DNA of 55,715 bases. Origin: Patescibacteria group bacterium. GTDB lineage: Bacteria; Patescibacteriota; Patescibacteriia; DYGC01. The first letter of the stretch is position 1, and every line of letters starts with the position of its first letter. Made by a program: the position numbers and the translations under genes. This document shows positions 25,513 through 34,269 of the stretch, piece by piece. A model generated the notes under the pieces. It searched no databases, had not been told where the DNA came from, and saw nothing but the letters and a program-made list of their open reading frames with translations. The stretch lies in contig DAIPKK010000001.1 of assembly GCA_036769805.1 (NCBI GenBank), forward strand, positions 1 to 55,715, written 5' to 3'.

Positions 25513-26874
25513 ATGGCGGATTCAATGGAAAAATTGGTAGCTTTGTGTAAGCGCAGGGGTTTTGCTTATTTGGCGTCGGAGATTTATGGTGGTTTGGCCA
25601 ATTCTTATACTTATGGTCCTTATGGCGTGGAATTGAAGAATAATATTAAGCAATTGTGGTGGAAAACTTTTGTTCATAATCGCGTCGACATGGTTGGGAT
25701 TGATGGACCTATTTTATTGCATCCGAAATTGTGGGAAGCCTCCGGCCACGTTGGTGGTTTCAATGACGCGATGGTGGATTGTAAAAATTGTAAAAAGCGT
25801 TATCGCGCCGATCATTTGATTGAAAAAGCAACCGGTAAAGATTTGGAAGGTAATTTGGAGGAAATGAGCGCCGAGTTGGCGAAAAATGAAATTAAGTGTC
25901 CGAATTGTGGCAAGGCTGATTGGACCGAAGCGCGTTTTTTCAACATGATGTTCAAAACTGAAATGAACGGTTTGGATGGTGCCATTTATCTGCGCCCGGA
26001 AACCGCCGGTGCGATTTTCATTGAATTTAAAAATGTTTTGGATACCAATCGCGTGAAGATTCCTTTTGGTATCGCGCAGATCGGTAAAGCTTTTCGTAAT
26101 GAAATCGTGGCCGGAAATTTTATTTTCCGTCTGCGTGAATTTGAACAAATGGAAATTGAATACTTCATTGATCCGGAAAAAGCTTGGGAAGATATTTTTG
26201 AACAATGGTTTAACGACCAGATGTCATTCTTCTTAAAATTGGGTGCCAAAGAAGAATCATTACGTCGTTATGAACATCCGAAAGAAAAATTATCTCATTA
26301 TTCTCGTAAAACTGTGGATGTGGAATTTTTATATCCGTTTGGTTGGGGAGAGTTATGTGGTTTGGCGAACCGCGGCGATTTTGATTTGACGCAACATAGT
26401 GATGCTTCCGGTCAGAAATTGGAATATTTTGATGCTACTAATAATCGTCGTTTTGTGCCGCACGTTATTGAACCATCTTTCGGTTTGGATCGCGCAATTT
26501 TGATGACTTTGTTGTCCGCTTATACCGAGGAAGGCGAGGGCGAAGAGCAACGCGTGGTAATGAAATTCCCGAAAGTGGTGGCGCCGGTGAAAATCGCGGT
26601 GTTCCCGTTGTTGCGCAACAAGCCGGAATTGATTGCCAAGGCGGAAGAAGTTTTCAAACAATTGAATACTCGTTGGCATTGTGAATTTGACGACAATGGT
26701 AATATCGGAAAACGCTACCGCCGTCAGGATGAAATCGGCACGCCTTATTGCGTGACCGTTGATTTTGACAGTTTGGAAGATGATAGTGTGACGGTGCGCG
26801 ATCGTGATACCATGGAGCAGTCACGCATTCCAATCAGCGAATTAGTTAACTATTTTACAAATAATTTAGTTTAA
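25513..26874 (+). CDS. glyQS: glycine--tRNA ligase (dimeric class II type)
   Basis: Class II motifs YLRPETAGAIF and GKAFRNEI, plus a C-terminal anticodon-binding domain. Confidence 0.9.
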   Translation: MADSMEKLVALCKRRGFAYLASEIYGGLANSYTYGPYGVELKNNIKQLWWKTFVHNRVDMVGIDGPILLHPKLWEASGHVGGFNDAMVDCKNCKKRYRADHLIEKATGKDLEGNLEEMSAELAKNEIKCPNCGKADWTEARFFNMMFKTEMNGLDGAIYLRPETAGAIFIEFKNVLDTNRVKIPFGIAQIGKAFRNEIVAGNFIFRLREFEQMEIEYFIDPEKAWEDIFEQWFNDQMSFFLKLGAKEESLRRYEHPKEKLSHYSRKTVDVEFLYPFGWGELCGLANRGDFDLTQHSDASGQKLEYFDATNNRRFVPHVIEPSFGLDRAILMTLLSAYTEEGEGEEQRVVMKFPKVVAPVKIAVFPLLRNKPELIAKAEEVFKQLNTRWHCEFDDNGNIGKRYRRQDEIGTPYCVTVDFDSLEDDSVTVRDRDTMEQSRIPISELVNYFTNNLV

Positions 26875-26879
26875 TACTT

Positions 26880-28151
26880 ATGGACAAATATCAGCTGATA
26901 AAATTAAGCAACGGTATTCCGGTTTTATTGTTGCCACAAGATCATACCCGAGCGGTATCTTTGTTTGTGACCGCCAAAGTCGGCTCACGTTATGAAAATC
27001 CGAAAATCAGTGGTATTTCCCATTTTATTGAGCATTTGATGTTTAAGGGGACAAAAAAACGTCCTGACAAGGAAATGTTGGCCAAAGAATTGGATGGCAT
27101 CGGTGCTAATTTTAACGCCTTTACCGGTAAAGATCGCACTGTTTATTTTATTACTGCCAATCACAAACACTTGGCGCAAATTCAGGATATTTTGGCCGAT
27201 ATGGTGCAGGCCAGTTTATTTCCGGAAAAAGAATTGGCTCCGGAGAAAAAAGTGGTGATTGAAGAAATCAACATGTATGAAGATAATCCCATGATGAGTA
27301 TTGAAGACTTTTTGGAAAATTTGGTTTTCGGGGATAATGCTTTGGGACGTGATATCGCCGGTACGGTTGAAACCGTTTCCGGGATTACGCATAAAGATAT
27401 TTTGAATTATTATCGAAAATATTATCAGTCCGGTAATTATTTGTTGGTTTTAACTGGTAATTTTAAAATGGCCGAAGCCAAGAAAGTTTTGGAAGAATAT
27501 TGGGGACATTTGCCGGCCAAGCCTCGTCAAAATTACAGTAAAATCGCCGTGAAGAGTGTTAAGCCGCAATTTGCCGTTAAACATAAAGACACGCAACAGA
27601 TTCAATTGGCCTTGGGTTTTCCGGGGATTGATTACAATCACAAGGATGCGGTGGCGGCGCAAATTTTGTCTTTGATTTTAGGTGGTAATATGAGTTCTCG
27701 TTTGTTCTTGGAGATTCGGGAGAAGCGTGGCTTGTGTTATTTGGTGCGCGCTTATCATAATTTTTATGAAGATAACGGGATGTTGGTGGTGCATGCCGGT
27801 TTGGATAAGAGTCGTTTGGAAGAGGCGGTTAAAGCGATTTTGGGTGAATTAAAGAAAATCGCCACGGTCAAAGTATCCGCTGAAGAATTGAACAAAGCTA
27901 AAAGTTTTTTGGAAGGAAAATTTTCCATTGAAACCGAAAGCGCTCGTCAATTAGCCAGTTGGTACAGCACGCAAATCACTTTCATGAAAAAAGTGGTGAC
28001 GCCCGATGAATATTTGAAAATGGTCAACAAAGTGAGCGCCGATGATATCAAACGCGTGGCTACTTCCTTTTTTAAGAATAATAAGCTAAATTTAGCAATG
28101 ATCGGTGATGTGCCGAAATTGCCTTGGAAAAATATTTTAAAATTTGATTAA
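26880..28151 (+). CDS. M16-family zinc peptidase (insulinase/pitrilysin-like)
   Basis: Inverted zinc motif HFIEH followed by LMFKGT. Confidence 0.8.
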   Translation: MDKYQLIKLSNGIPVLLLPQDHTRAVSLFVTAKVGSRYENPKISGISHFIEHLMFKGTKKRPDKEMLAKELDGIGANFNAFTGKDRTVYFITANHKHLAQIQDILADMVQASLFPEKELAPEKKVVIEEINMYEDNPMMSIEDFLENLVFGDNALGRDIAGTVETVSGITHKDILNYYRKYYQSGNYLLVLTGNFKMAEAKKVLEEYWGHLPAKPRQNYSKIAVKSVKPQFAVKHKDTQQIQLALGFPGIDYNHKDAVAAQILSLILGGNMSSRLFLEIREKRGLCYLVRAYHNFYEDNGMLVVHAGLDKSRLEEAVKAILGELKKIATVKVSAEELNKAKSFLEGKFSIETESARQLASWYSTQITFMKKVVTPDEYLKMVNKVSADDIKRVATSFFKNNKLNLAMIGDVPKLPWKNILKFD

Positions 28152-28156
28152 ACCTT

Positions 28157-29002
28157 ATGACATTTGACTGGAATTGGGTTGCTCCATTGTCGGTGTTGGT
28201 TCTAAGCTTAATTATTTTAGTGATTATTTTTATTCGTAAATTTCCGGATTTGGTTTTGGTTGATGTGAACAGCATTCCGGAGGAGCGTGAAAAACAACTG
28301 AAAGATAAGCTCTTGGCCGATCGTTTGCAACGTCGCGCCGGCGGTTTTTTCGGACGTTTTTTGAGAGTGTTTGAAATCATTGGAGGATTTTTCGGGGCGA
28401 TTTTGAAAACTCTTCGTCACAAAATTCAAGAATGGGAACATCGTTATCGTTTTCGATATAAACCGGTGGTCAAAGACGCTGATATGAAAGATAAAATCAA
28501 GGTTTTGTTGGAAAAGGGCGGTCAATTATTTGATAATGACAAACATGAAGAATCGGAAAGAGTGTTTTTGGAAGTTATTAATTTGGATAAGTATAATGTT
28601 GAGGCCTATCGTGGCTTGGGGCGTTTGTATTATCGTTTGAAAGAATATCAGCAAGCCAAAGATATTTTTCAATTTGCCTTGAAGTTGTGTCTGGAGAATA
28701 AGAAAAATTCGGTTTCCGTTGATGATTGTGATATCGCGCAAATCGCTTATCATTTGGGTTTGGTTTGCAAGTCATTGGATGATATTCGCGGGGCTATCAA
28801 TTATTTTAAACAAGCTTTGGAAAAAGAAGAAAATAGTCCTAAGTATTTGGATGCTTTGTTGGAAGTAGCGCTTTTGGCGGAAAATAAAAAATTGGCGCAA
28901 GAAACTTTTGATAAGTTAAAAGAAGTTAATCCGCAAAATACCAAGTTGGAAGAACTGCAAGCACAAATCAATGACTTGGCGGATTCTGATGAGGAGATTT
29001 AG
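28157..29002 (+). CDS. membrane-anchored TPR-repeat protein
   Basis: N-terminal TM helix. TPR-like repeats (AYRGLGRLYYRLKEYQQA, YHLGLVCKSLDDIRGAINYFKQAL). Confidence 0.6.
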   Translation: MTFDWNWVAPLSVLVLSLIILVIIFIRKFPDLVLVDVNSIPEEREKQLKDKLLADRLQRRAGGFFGRFLRVFEIIGGFFGAILKTLRHKIQEWEHRYRFRYKPVVKDADMKDKIKVLLEKGGQLFDNDKHEESERVFLEVINLDKYNVEAYRGLGRLYYRLKEYQQAKDIFQFALKLCLENKKNSVSVDDCDIAQIAYHLGLVCKSLDDIRGAINYFKQALEKEENSPKYLDALLEVALLAENKKLAQETFDKLKEVNPQNTKLEELQAQINDLADSDEEI

Positions 29003-29007
29003 ATTTT

Positions 29008-29451
29008 ATGCGTTTATTGATACAGCGTGTTAATAAAGCCAGTGTCAATTGTGAGGGAAAACTCGTTTCCGAAATCGGGGCGGGTTTTTTAATTTTAGTG
29101 GGTTTTAAAAAAGATGATACATCGGTGGGTTTTCCAAAAATTGTTCATCGCTTGCTGAATGTCGCGTTGTTTAATGATGAGCGTGGCAGGATGGGGAAGT
29201 CTTTATTGGAGACCCAGGGAGAATTGTTGGTCGTTTCACAATTTACCTTGTATGGACAAATGGAAAAAGGCCGAAAAGTGAATTGGGACGAGGCCATGCC
29301 CTACGCCGACGCGGAGCTGCTTTATAATCAGTTTTTAGCTTATTTAAAAGAAAATTATTCCAGTGATAAAATAAAGTTCGGGGTTTTCGGGGGAGAAATG
29401 GTGGTGGATTTACAAAACGACGGCCCAGTGACGGTGATGTTGGAGCTTTGA
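29008..29451 (+). CDS. dtd: D-aminoacyl-tRNA deacylase
   Basis: MRLLIQRV...ASV N-terminus, SQFTLYG motif, 147 aa. Confidence 0.9.
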   Translation: MRLLIQRVNKASVNCEGKLVSEIGAGFLILVGFKKDDTSVGFPKIVHRLLNVALFNDERGRMGKSLLETQGELLVVSQFTLYGQMEKGRKVNWDEAMPYADAELLYNQFLAYLKENYSSDKIKFGVFGGEMVVDLQNDGPVTVMLEL

Positions 29452-29489
29452 TAAAAAGTAAAAATTTTTTAAACTAAAAAAATTTATTT

Positions 29490-30473
29490 ATGCAAACCAT
29501 TGGTTTATTTTTTGGCGGTCCGAGCAATGAACATGAAGTTTCAATCAGTTCTGCCAAAAATATTGTTGCTAATTTTCCCGATAAAAAATATAAGTTGCTT
29601 TTAGTTTTTTGGGATAAACAGGGAAAATTTTATCTTGTCAAAAATATTGATGATTTGCGAAAAAATCGCCAAGCGATTGTTGAGGAAAAATTAAAAGAAA
29701 AGATTGATATTGCTTTATTGATGACCCATGGAAAAAACGGCGAGGATGGGGGTTTGCAAAGTTTGTTGGAATCACAAAAGATAAAATATTGTGGTTGCCG
29801 ACCGTTGAGTTCAGCGTTGTGTATGGATAAAGGTTTGTTTAAACAGTTTTTGGCGGGGCAAGGCATTAAACAAGTGAAATTTTCCGTACTTGATTATAAT
29901 TTGCACACTGATCGGGAATTATCAGCGATTAAGGATAGCATTAGGAAAACTTTTAAATTGCCGATTTATGTAAAGCCTGCCAATTCCGGTTCTTCAGTGG
30001 GAATTACTAAAGTTGTAAAATTTTCTCAGTTGCCGGAGGCGCTTACGGAGGCTTTAAAGCATGATAATAAAATCGTCGTGGAGGAGGGTTTGCTTAATCC
30101 CAGAGAAATTGAAGTGGCGGTTTTGGGTAATAAGGAATTAAAAATTTCCAGCCCGGGAGAGTTGCAGTTGGCCAAGGATTTTTACAGTTATGATGATAAA
30201 TACAACTTGGGGCAGGCGACGGTGCAAATTCCAGCGAAATTATCTTTGAAACAAAAGAACGAAATCGCAAAGTTGGCGGAACGTGTTTATAAGTTGTGTC
30301 TTTGCTCAGGGTTTGCTCGAATCGATTTTTTTATTAGTGATAACCAGGTTTATTTGAATGAAATTAACACCTTACCGGGATTTACCAATATTTCCATGTA
30401 CCCAATGTTAATGATGAATACCGGTATGACTTATCAAGATTTGATTATCGCCATTTTGCAATTAGCATATTAG
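29490..30473 (+). CDS. ddl: D-alanine--D-alanine ligase
   Basis: FGGPSNEHEVSISS, HGKNGEDGGLQSLLE, an ATP-grasp core, and C-terminal NEINTLPGFT. Confidence 0.9.
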   Translation: MQTIGLFFGGPSNEHEVSISSAKNIVANFPDKKYKLLLVFWDKQGKFYLVKNIDDLRKNRQAIVEEKLKEKIDIALLMTHGKNGEDGGLQSLLESQKIKYCGCRPLSSALCMDKGLFKQFLAGQGIKQVKFSVLDYNLHTDRELSAIKDSIRKTFKLPIYVKPANSGSSVGITKVVKFSQLPEALTEALKHDNKIVVEEGLLNPREIEVAVLGNKELKISSPGELQLAKDFYSYDDKYNLGQATVQIPAKLSLKQKNEIAKLAERVYKLCLCSGFARIDFFISDNQVYLNEINTLPGFTNISMYPMLMMNTGMTYQDLIIAILQLAY

Positions 30474-30517
30474 TTTTTGGTGTAATGTTAATTTTGTTTT
30501 TTGTATTGATTTTTAAT

Positions 30518-30699
30518 GCCGCCCATTAGCCCGAGGAGGTAAAAATTTGAAGGTGAGTTGGCTTGGTTTTGGCAAAGCCAAAATCCGAGCAGTTTGTTCG
30601 AGTCAACCGTTTTGGCTTTAAGAAAGACAAAACGGTGACGAGTTTGCGAGGAAAAGCCGGCGAACCTTATAAATTTTCCGTTCGGGCTAGCAGGGCGGC
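30518..30699. repeat. structured non-coding element, copy 3 (longer, inverted relative to copies 1 and 2; candidate sRNA)
   Basis: The reverse complement aligns with copies 1/2 at both arms, the CGAAC..GTTCG hairpin and the CTCACCT..AAATTTT..ACCT..CTCGG strand. Arm helices change sequence but keep pairing. A T6 tract follows on the + strand. I tentatively favour + here. Confidence 0.6.
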
Positions 30700-30817
30700 G
30701 TTTTTTGGTGCCACCTTTTGTACACACAAAAGGTGGCAAAGGGATTGTTTACAAACCCCAAATCAAAATGCTACAATCATTTAATACGATTATAATTTTT
30801 TAATTGAATAAAATCCT

Positions 30818-32635
30818 ATGGAATTGGAACAAATCAGACATTCTTTGTCTCATGTCATGGCGCAAGCGGTGACGGAATTGTACCCGGGCGTGAAAGTGGC
30901 TATCGGTCCGGCCATTGATACCGGTTTTTATTATGATTTTGAATTTCCGACCGGCGTCACTTTGTCCACTGATGATTTGCCGAAAATTGAAGAAAAAATG
31001 AAGGAAATTTTGAAGAGCAAGCAGACTTTTGTTCGTGAAGAATTATCCATTGAAGAAGCTAAGAAAATGTTTGCCGATCAAAAATATAAAGTGGAATTGA
31101 TTGAAGATTTGGCTAAAAACGGTGAAACCAAGGTTTCCATTTATAAAAATGAAGCTAACGGTGAATTGAAGTTCGTAGATTTGTGTCGTGGGCCACACGT
31201 TGACAGTACTGATGAATTGCCGAGCGATGCTTTTAAATTGAATAAGGTGGCCGGTGCTTATTGGCGCGGTGATGAAAATCGTGAAATGTTGACTCGTATT
31301 TACGCTTTGGCTTTTGCCGATAAAGTGGCTTTGGACGAACATTTAAATTTTTTGGTGGAAGCGGAAAAGCGCGATCATCGAAAATTGGGTAAAGAATTGG
31401 AATTGTTTCATATTGATGAGATGGTTGGTAAAGGTTTGGTTTTGTGGATGCCCAAAGGGGCGTTGTTGTGGCGCGTGATGGAAGAATATTGGTATAAAAA
31501 ACATTTGCGTAGCGGTTATGAATTGGTGCGCACTCCGCATATTGGTAATCGTAAATTATGGGAAACTTCCGGTCATTGGGGATTTTACAATGATAGCATG
31601 TATCCAACGATGGAAGTTGGGCAGAGTTTAGGTTCTGCGCAAAAAGGTGAAAAAGCTAAAGTGAAAGAAGAATATTTGATCAAGCCGATGAATTGTCCGT
31701 TCCATGTGGTTATGTACGGCTCCAAATTGCGCAGCTATCGTGAATTGCCGATTCGTTGGGCGGAAATGGGCACGGTTTATCGTTATGAGCAATCCGGTGA
31801 ATTGTCCGGTTTAACCCGCGTTCGTGGTTTTACTCAGGATGATGCTCACATCATTTGTACTAAAGAACAAGTGAAAGAAGAGTTGTTGCGAGTTGCCAAG
31901 TTTATCATTGAAATGTTGACTGATTTTGGTTTTAAAGATTATAAGATTTCTTTATCGGTGCGTGATCCGGAAAATACCGTCAAATATGCCGGCAATGATG
32001 AGGGTTGGGCGCATACGGAAAAAGTTTTGGAAGAAGTCGCTACCGAATTAAATTTGGATTACAGCAAGGAAGTGGGCGAAGCGGCGTTTTATGGTCCGAA
32101 GTTGGATTTTAAATTAAAAGATGCCATTGGTCGCACCTGGCAATGTTCCACTTTGCAATTTGATTTCAATTTGCCGGAACGTTTTGATTTAACTTTCATC
32201 AATGATAAGGGAGAGACCGAACGTCCGTACATGTTGCATCGTGCTTTGCTTGGTTCTTTTGAACGTTTTATAGGCGTGATGATTGAAAACTTTGCCGGAG
32301 CTTTGCCGTTTTGGGTGGCGCCGGAGCAAGTGCGTTTGATTTCCGTGGCTGATAAACATATTGATAAAGTCAAAGAATTGCAAGCGGAATTGGCGGCGAT
32401 TGACGTGCGTGCCAAAGTCGATAGCAGTAGTGAAACCATCGGCAATAAGATTCGTAAAGCGGCCGGTGACAAAGTGCCTTACACCGTGGTAATTGGTGAT
32501 AAAGAAATTGAAAATTTGAATGAATTGAATATTAAGGTTTTCGGTTCCAAGGATAATGTTTTGTTGTCTTGGGATGATTTCAAGGAAAAATTGGTGGGGA
32601 AGAATCAAGATAAGGCGATTGGCTACGAGATTTAG
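30818..32635 (+). CDS. thrS: threonine--tRNA ligase (no N-terminal TGS domain)
   Basis: Starts in the editing domain (IRHSLSHVMAQAV). Class II core with RVRGFTQDDAHI and an anticodon-binding C-terminus. Confidence 0.9.
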   Translation: MELEQIRHSLSHVMAQAVTELYPGVKVAIGPAIDTGFYYDFEFPTGVTLSTDDLPKIEEKMKEILKSKQTFVREELSIEEAKKMFADQKYKVELIEDLAKNGETKVSIYKNEANGELKFVDLCRGPHVDSTDELPSDAFKLNKVAGAYWRGDENREMLTRIYALAFADKVALDEHLNFLVEAEKRDHRKLGKELELFHIDEMVGKGLVLWMPKGALLWRVMEEYWYKKHLRSGYELVRTPHIGNRKLWETSGHWGFYNDSMYPTMEVGQSLGSAQKGEKAKVKEEYLIKPMNCPFHVVMYGSKLRSYRELPIRWAEMGTVYRYEQSGELSGLTRVRGFTQDDAHIICTKEQVKEELLRVAKFIIEMLTDFGFKDYKISLSVRDPENTVKYAGNDEGWAHTEKVLEEVATELNLDYSKEVGEAAFYGPKLDFKLKDAIGRTWQCSTLQFDFNLPERFDLTFINDKGETERPYMLHRALLGSFERFIGVMIENFAGALPFWVAPEQVRLISVADKHIDKVKELQAELAAIDVRAKVDSSSETIGNKIRKAAGDKVPYTVVIGDKEIENLNELNIKVFGSKDNVLLSWDDFKEKLVGKNQDKAIGYEI

Positions 32636-32689
32636 GATTGTTTTAAAATTAATGCGAACGTGATTAGAGTTAGACCAATTGTGACCGGT

Positions 32690-32771
32690 GTCATGCCGAA
32701 CTTGTTTCGGCATCTTTAATACGTTGGAGGCTGGTCTTATATTAAAGATCCTGAAACAAGTTCAGGATGAC
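32690..32771. repeat. GTCAT-hairpin repeat, inverted pair (type A, copy 2)
   Basis: GTCATGCCGAACTTGTTTCGGCATCTTTAAT ... ATTAAAGATCCTGAAACAAGTTCAGGATGAC. An extra GGATGACAGA half-site lies at 32807-32816. Confidence 0.75.
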
Positions 32772-32843
32772 AGAATCGTCGTTTGGCATTATATAAATGC
32801 CATATCGGATGACAGACAGCCATTTTATCATTAAATCTTTCGC

Positions 32844-34220
32844 ATGGAAGAGTTGAGCGTTAAAATTGAAAAAGCGATATTTGAAGGACGATACCTGAGC
32901 CATTTGCCCAATGGCCAGGTTTTGTTATTGGAGGGCTTTGCTCAACCCGGTGAAATCGTGAAAGTGGGTATTTACAAGAAAAAGAAGGATTATTGTGAAG
33001 GCCGTATTTTGGAAGTGGAAACGGTCGGTGAGGGGAGTGTCACGCCGCCTTGCCCGTATTTTGGGCGTTGTGGTGGCTGTCAGTATCAACATTTGGAATA
33101 TGAACGACAATTAGCTTTAAAAACGGCGATTTTAGCGGAAAATTTACGTCAGGGGGCGAAGATTCAGGCTTGGCCTGGCTTGAACGTGGTGGGGGCACCG
33201 GAAATTTGGCGTTATCGCAATAAAATAGAGTTGAATTTCGTGGATGATGATTTTGGTTTTGCTTTAGGACAGTGTTATAAAGGGAGTTTTTATAAAATCG
33301 TCGATTTGGATGATTGTTTGTTGTTTCCTGAGCCAGTGGCGGCAATTATTAAAGCGGCCAAAGAATGGCGTCATAAATACGCTTTAAGTTGTTTTGATCG
33401 TCATGATTTTGTGGGATTTCTGCGTCATTTGGTGATTCGTCACGCCCACCACACTAATCAATGGATGATTATAATCGTCACCAGCGACGATTATCCTTCC
33501 GGTTATGGCGATAATGCCGGTCTACAAAAATTGTTCAAGGATTTTTTGAAATTTTTACCGAAAGGTTTGGCCGTGACTTCTTTTTATCATCGTTTGATTC
33601 GTTTACAGCGTCGCAAGGGTGAGTCCTACTCTGATACTTTGTTGGCCGGTGAGGCGCATATCACGGAAAAATTGTTGGATTTGGATTATCAAATCAGTTC
33701 TGATGCTTTTTTTCAAAATAATACCGTTCAGGCGGAGCGTTTAATTGAGGAATTATTAGGACATTGCGGGCAGTTGGATCAGCGTCCGATTTTGGATTTA
33801 TATTGTGGTGTTGGGACTTTTACGTTGCCGTTGGCGCGTTTGAATCCGCAACGTAAAATCTACGGATTGGAGTTGGTGGCGAGCGCGGTGGCGGCGGCGC
33901 AGGCTAATGCGCGTTTGAACAATTTGGATAATTTGGAATTTTTAGTGGGCGACGCTTCCAGGATGGTCAAGCAATTGCGCGATCATGATTTTGGAGCGAT
34001 TGTCGTTGATCCGCCCCGTTCCGGTTTGGATCCGGCTGTGGTGGCGTTCTTGTTGGCAATGAAAACTCCTCATATATTTTACATTTCTTGCAATCCGGTG
34101 ACGCTTAGCCGTGATTTGGCCCTGTTAAGCCCATTGTATGAAGCCAAAGTCATTAAAGGCTTTGATTTATTTCCTCAAACTTATCATTTGGAGGGTTTTG
34201 TAAGGTTGGATTTGCGGTAA
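32844..34220 (+). CDS. rlmD: 23S rRNA (uracil-5)-methyltransferase, RumA/RlmD family
   Basis: TRAM domain, Fe-S cysteines CPYFGRCGGCQYQH, SAM motif DLYCGVGTF, catalytic ISCNP. Confidence 0.8.
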   Translation: MEELSVKIEKAIFEGRYLSHLPNGQVLLLEGFAQPGEIVKVGIYKKKKDYCEGRILEVETVGEGSVTPPCPYFGRCGGCQYQHLEYERQLALKTAILAENLRQGAKIQAWPGLNVVGAPEIWRYRNKIELNFVDDDFGFALGQCYKGSFYKIVDLDDCLLFPEPVAAIIKAAKEWRHKYALSCFDRHDFVGFLRHLVIRHAHHTNQWMIIIVTSDDYPSGYGDNAGLQKLFKDFLKFLPKGLAVTSFYHRLIRLQRRKGESYSDTLLAGEAHITEKLLDLDYQISSDAFFQNNTVQAERLIEELLGHCGQLDQRPILDLYCGVGTFTLPLARLNPQRKIYGLELVASAVAAAQANARLNNLDNLEFLVGDASRMVKQLRDHDFGAIVVDPPRSGLDPAVVAFLLAMKTPHIFYISCNPVTLSRDLALLSPLYEAKVIKGFDLFPQTYHLEGFVRLDLR

Positions 34221-34269
34221 TTTTTTTGTTATAATAAAAGTTGTAGGACCGAAAAAATCCTAAACAAAA

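Noticed and set aside
30488-30784. ORFs 30488..30739 (-) and 30563..30784 (+) in the ddl-thrS spacer
   Set aside because: Both lie entirely within the structured repeat element and its flanking hairpin. Their composition is driven by the helices, and there is no start context. I treat them as non-coding.
30518-30817. T-box leader regulating thrS
   Set aside because: I could find no specifier-loop or T-box (AGGGUGGNACCGCG) consensus. The 30710-30737 hairpin has no U tract. A good thrS promoter (TTGTTT-17-TACAAT at about 30748-30776) lies downstream of the element. Homologous copies elsewhere are inverted and not upstream of synthetase genes.
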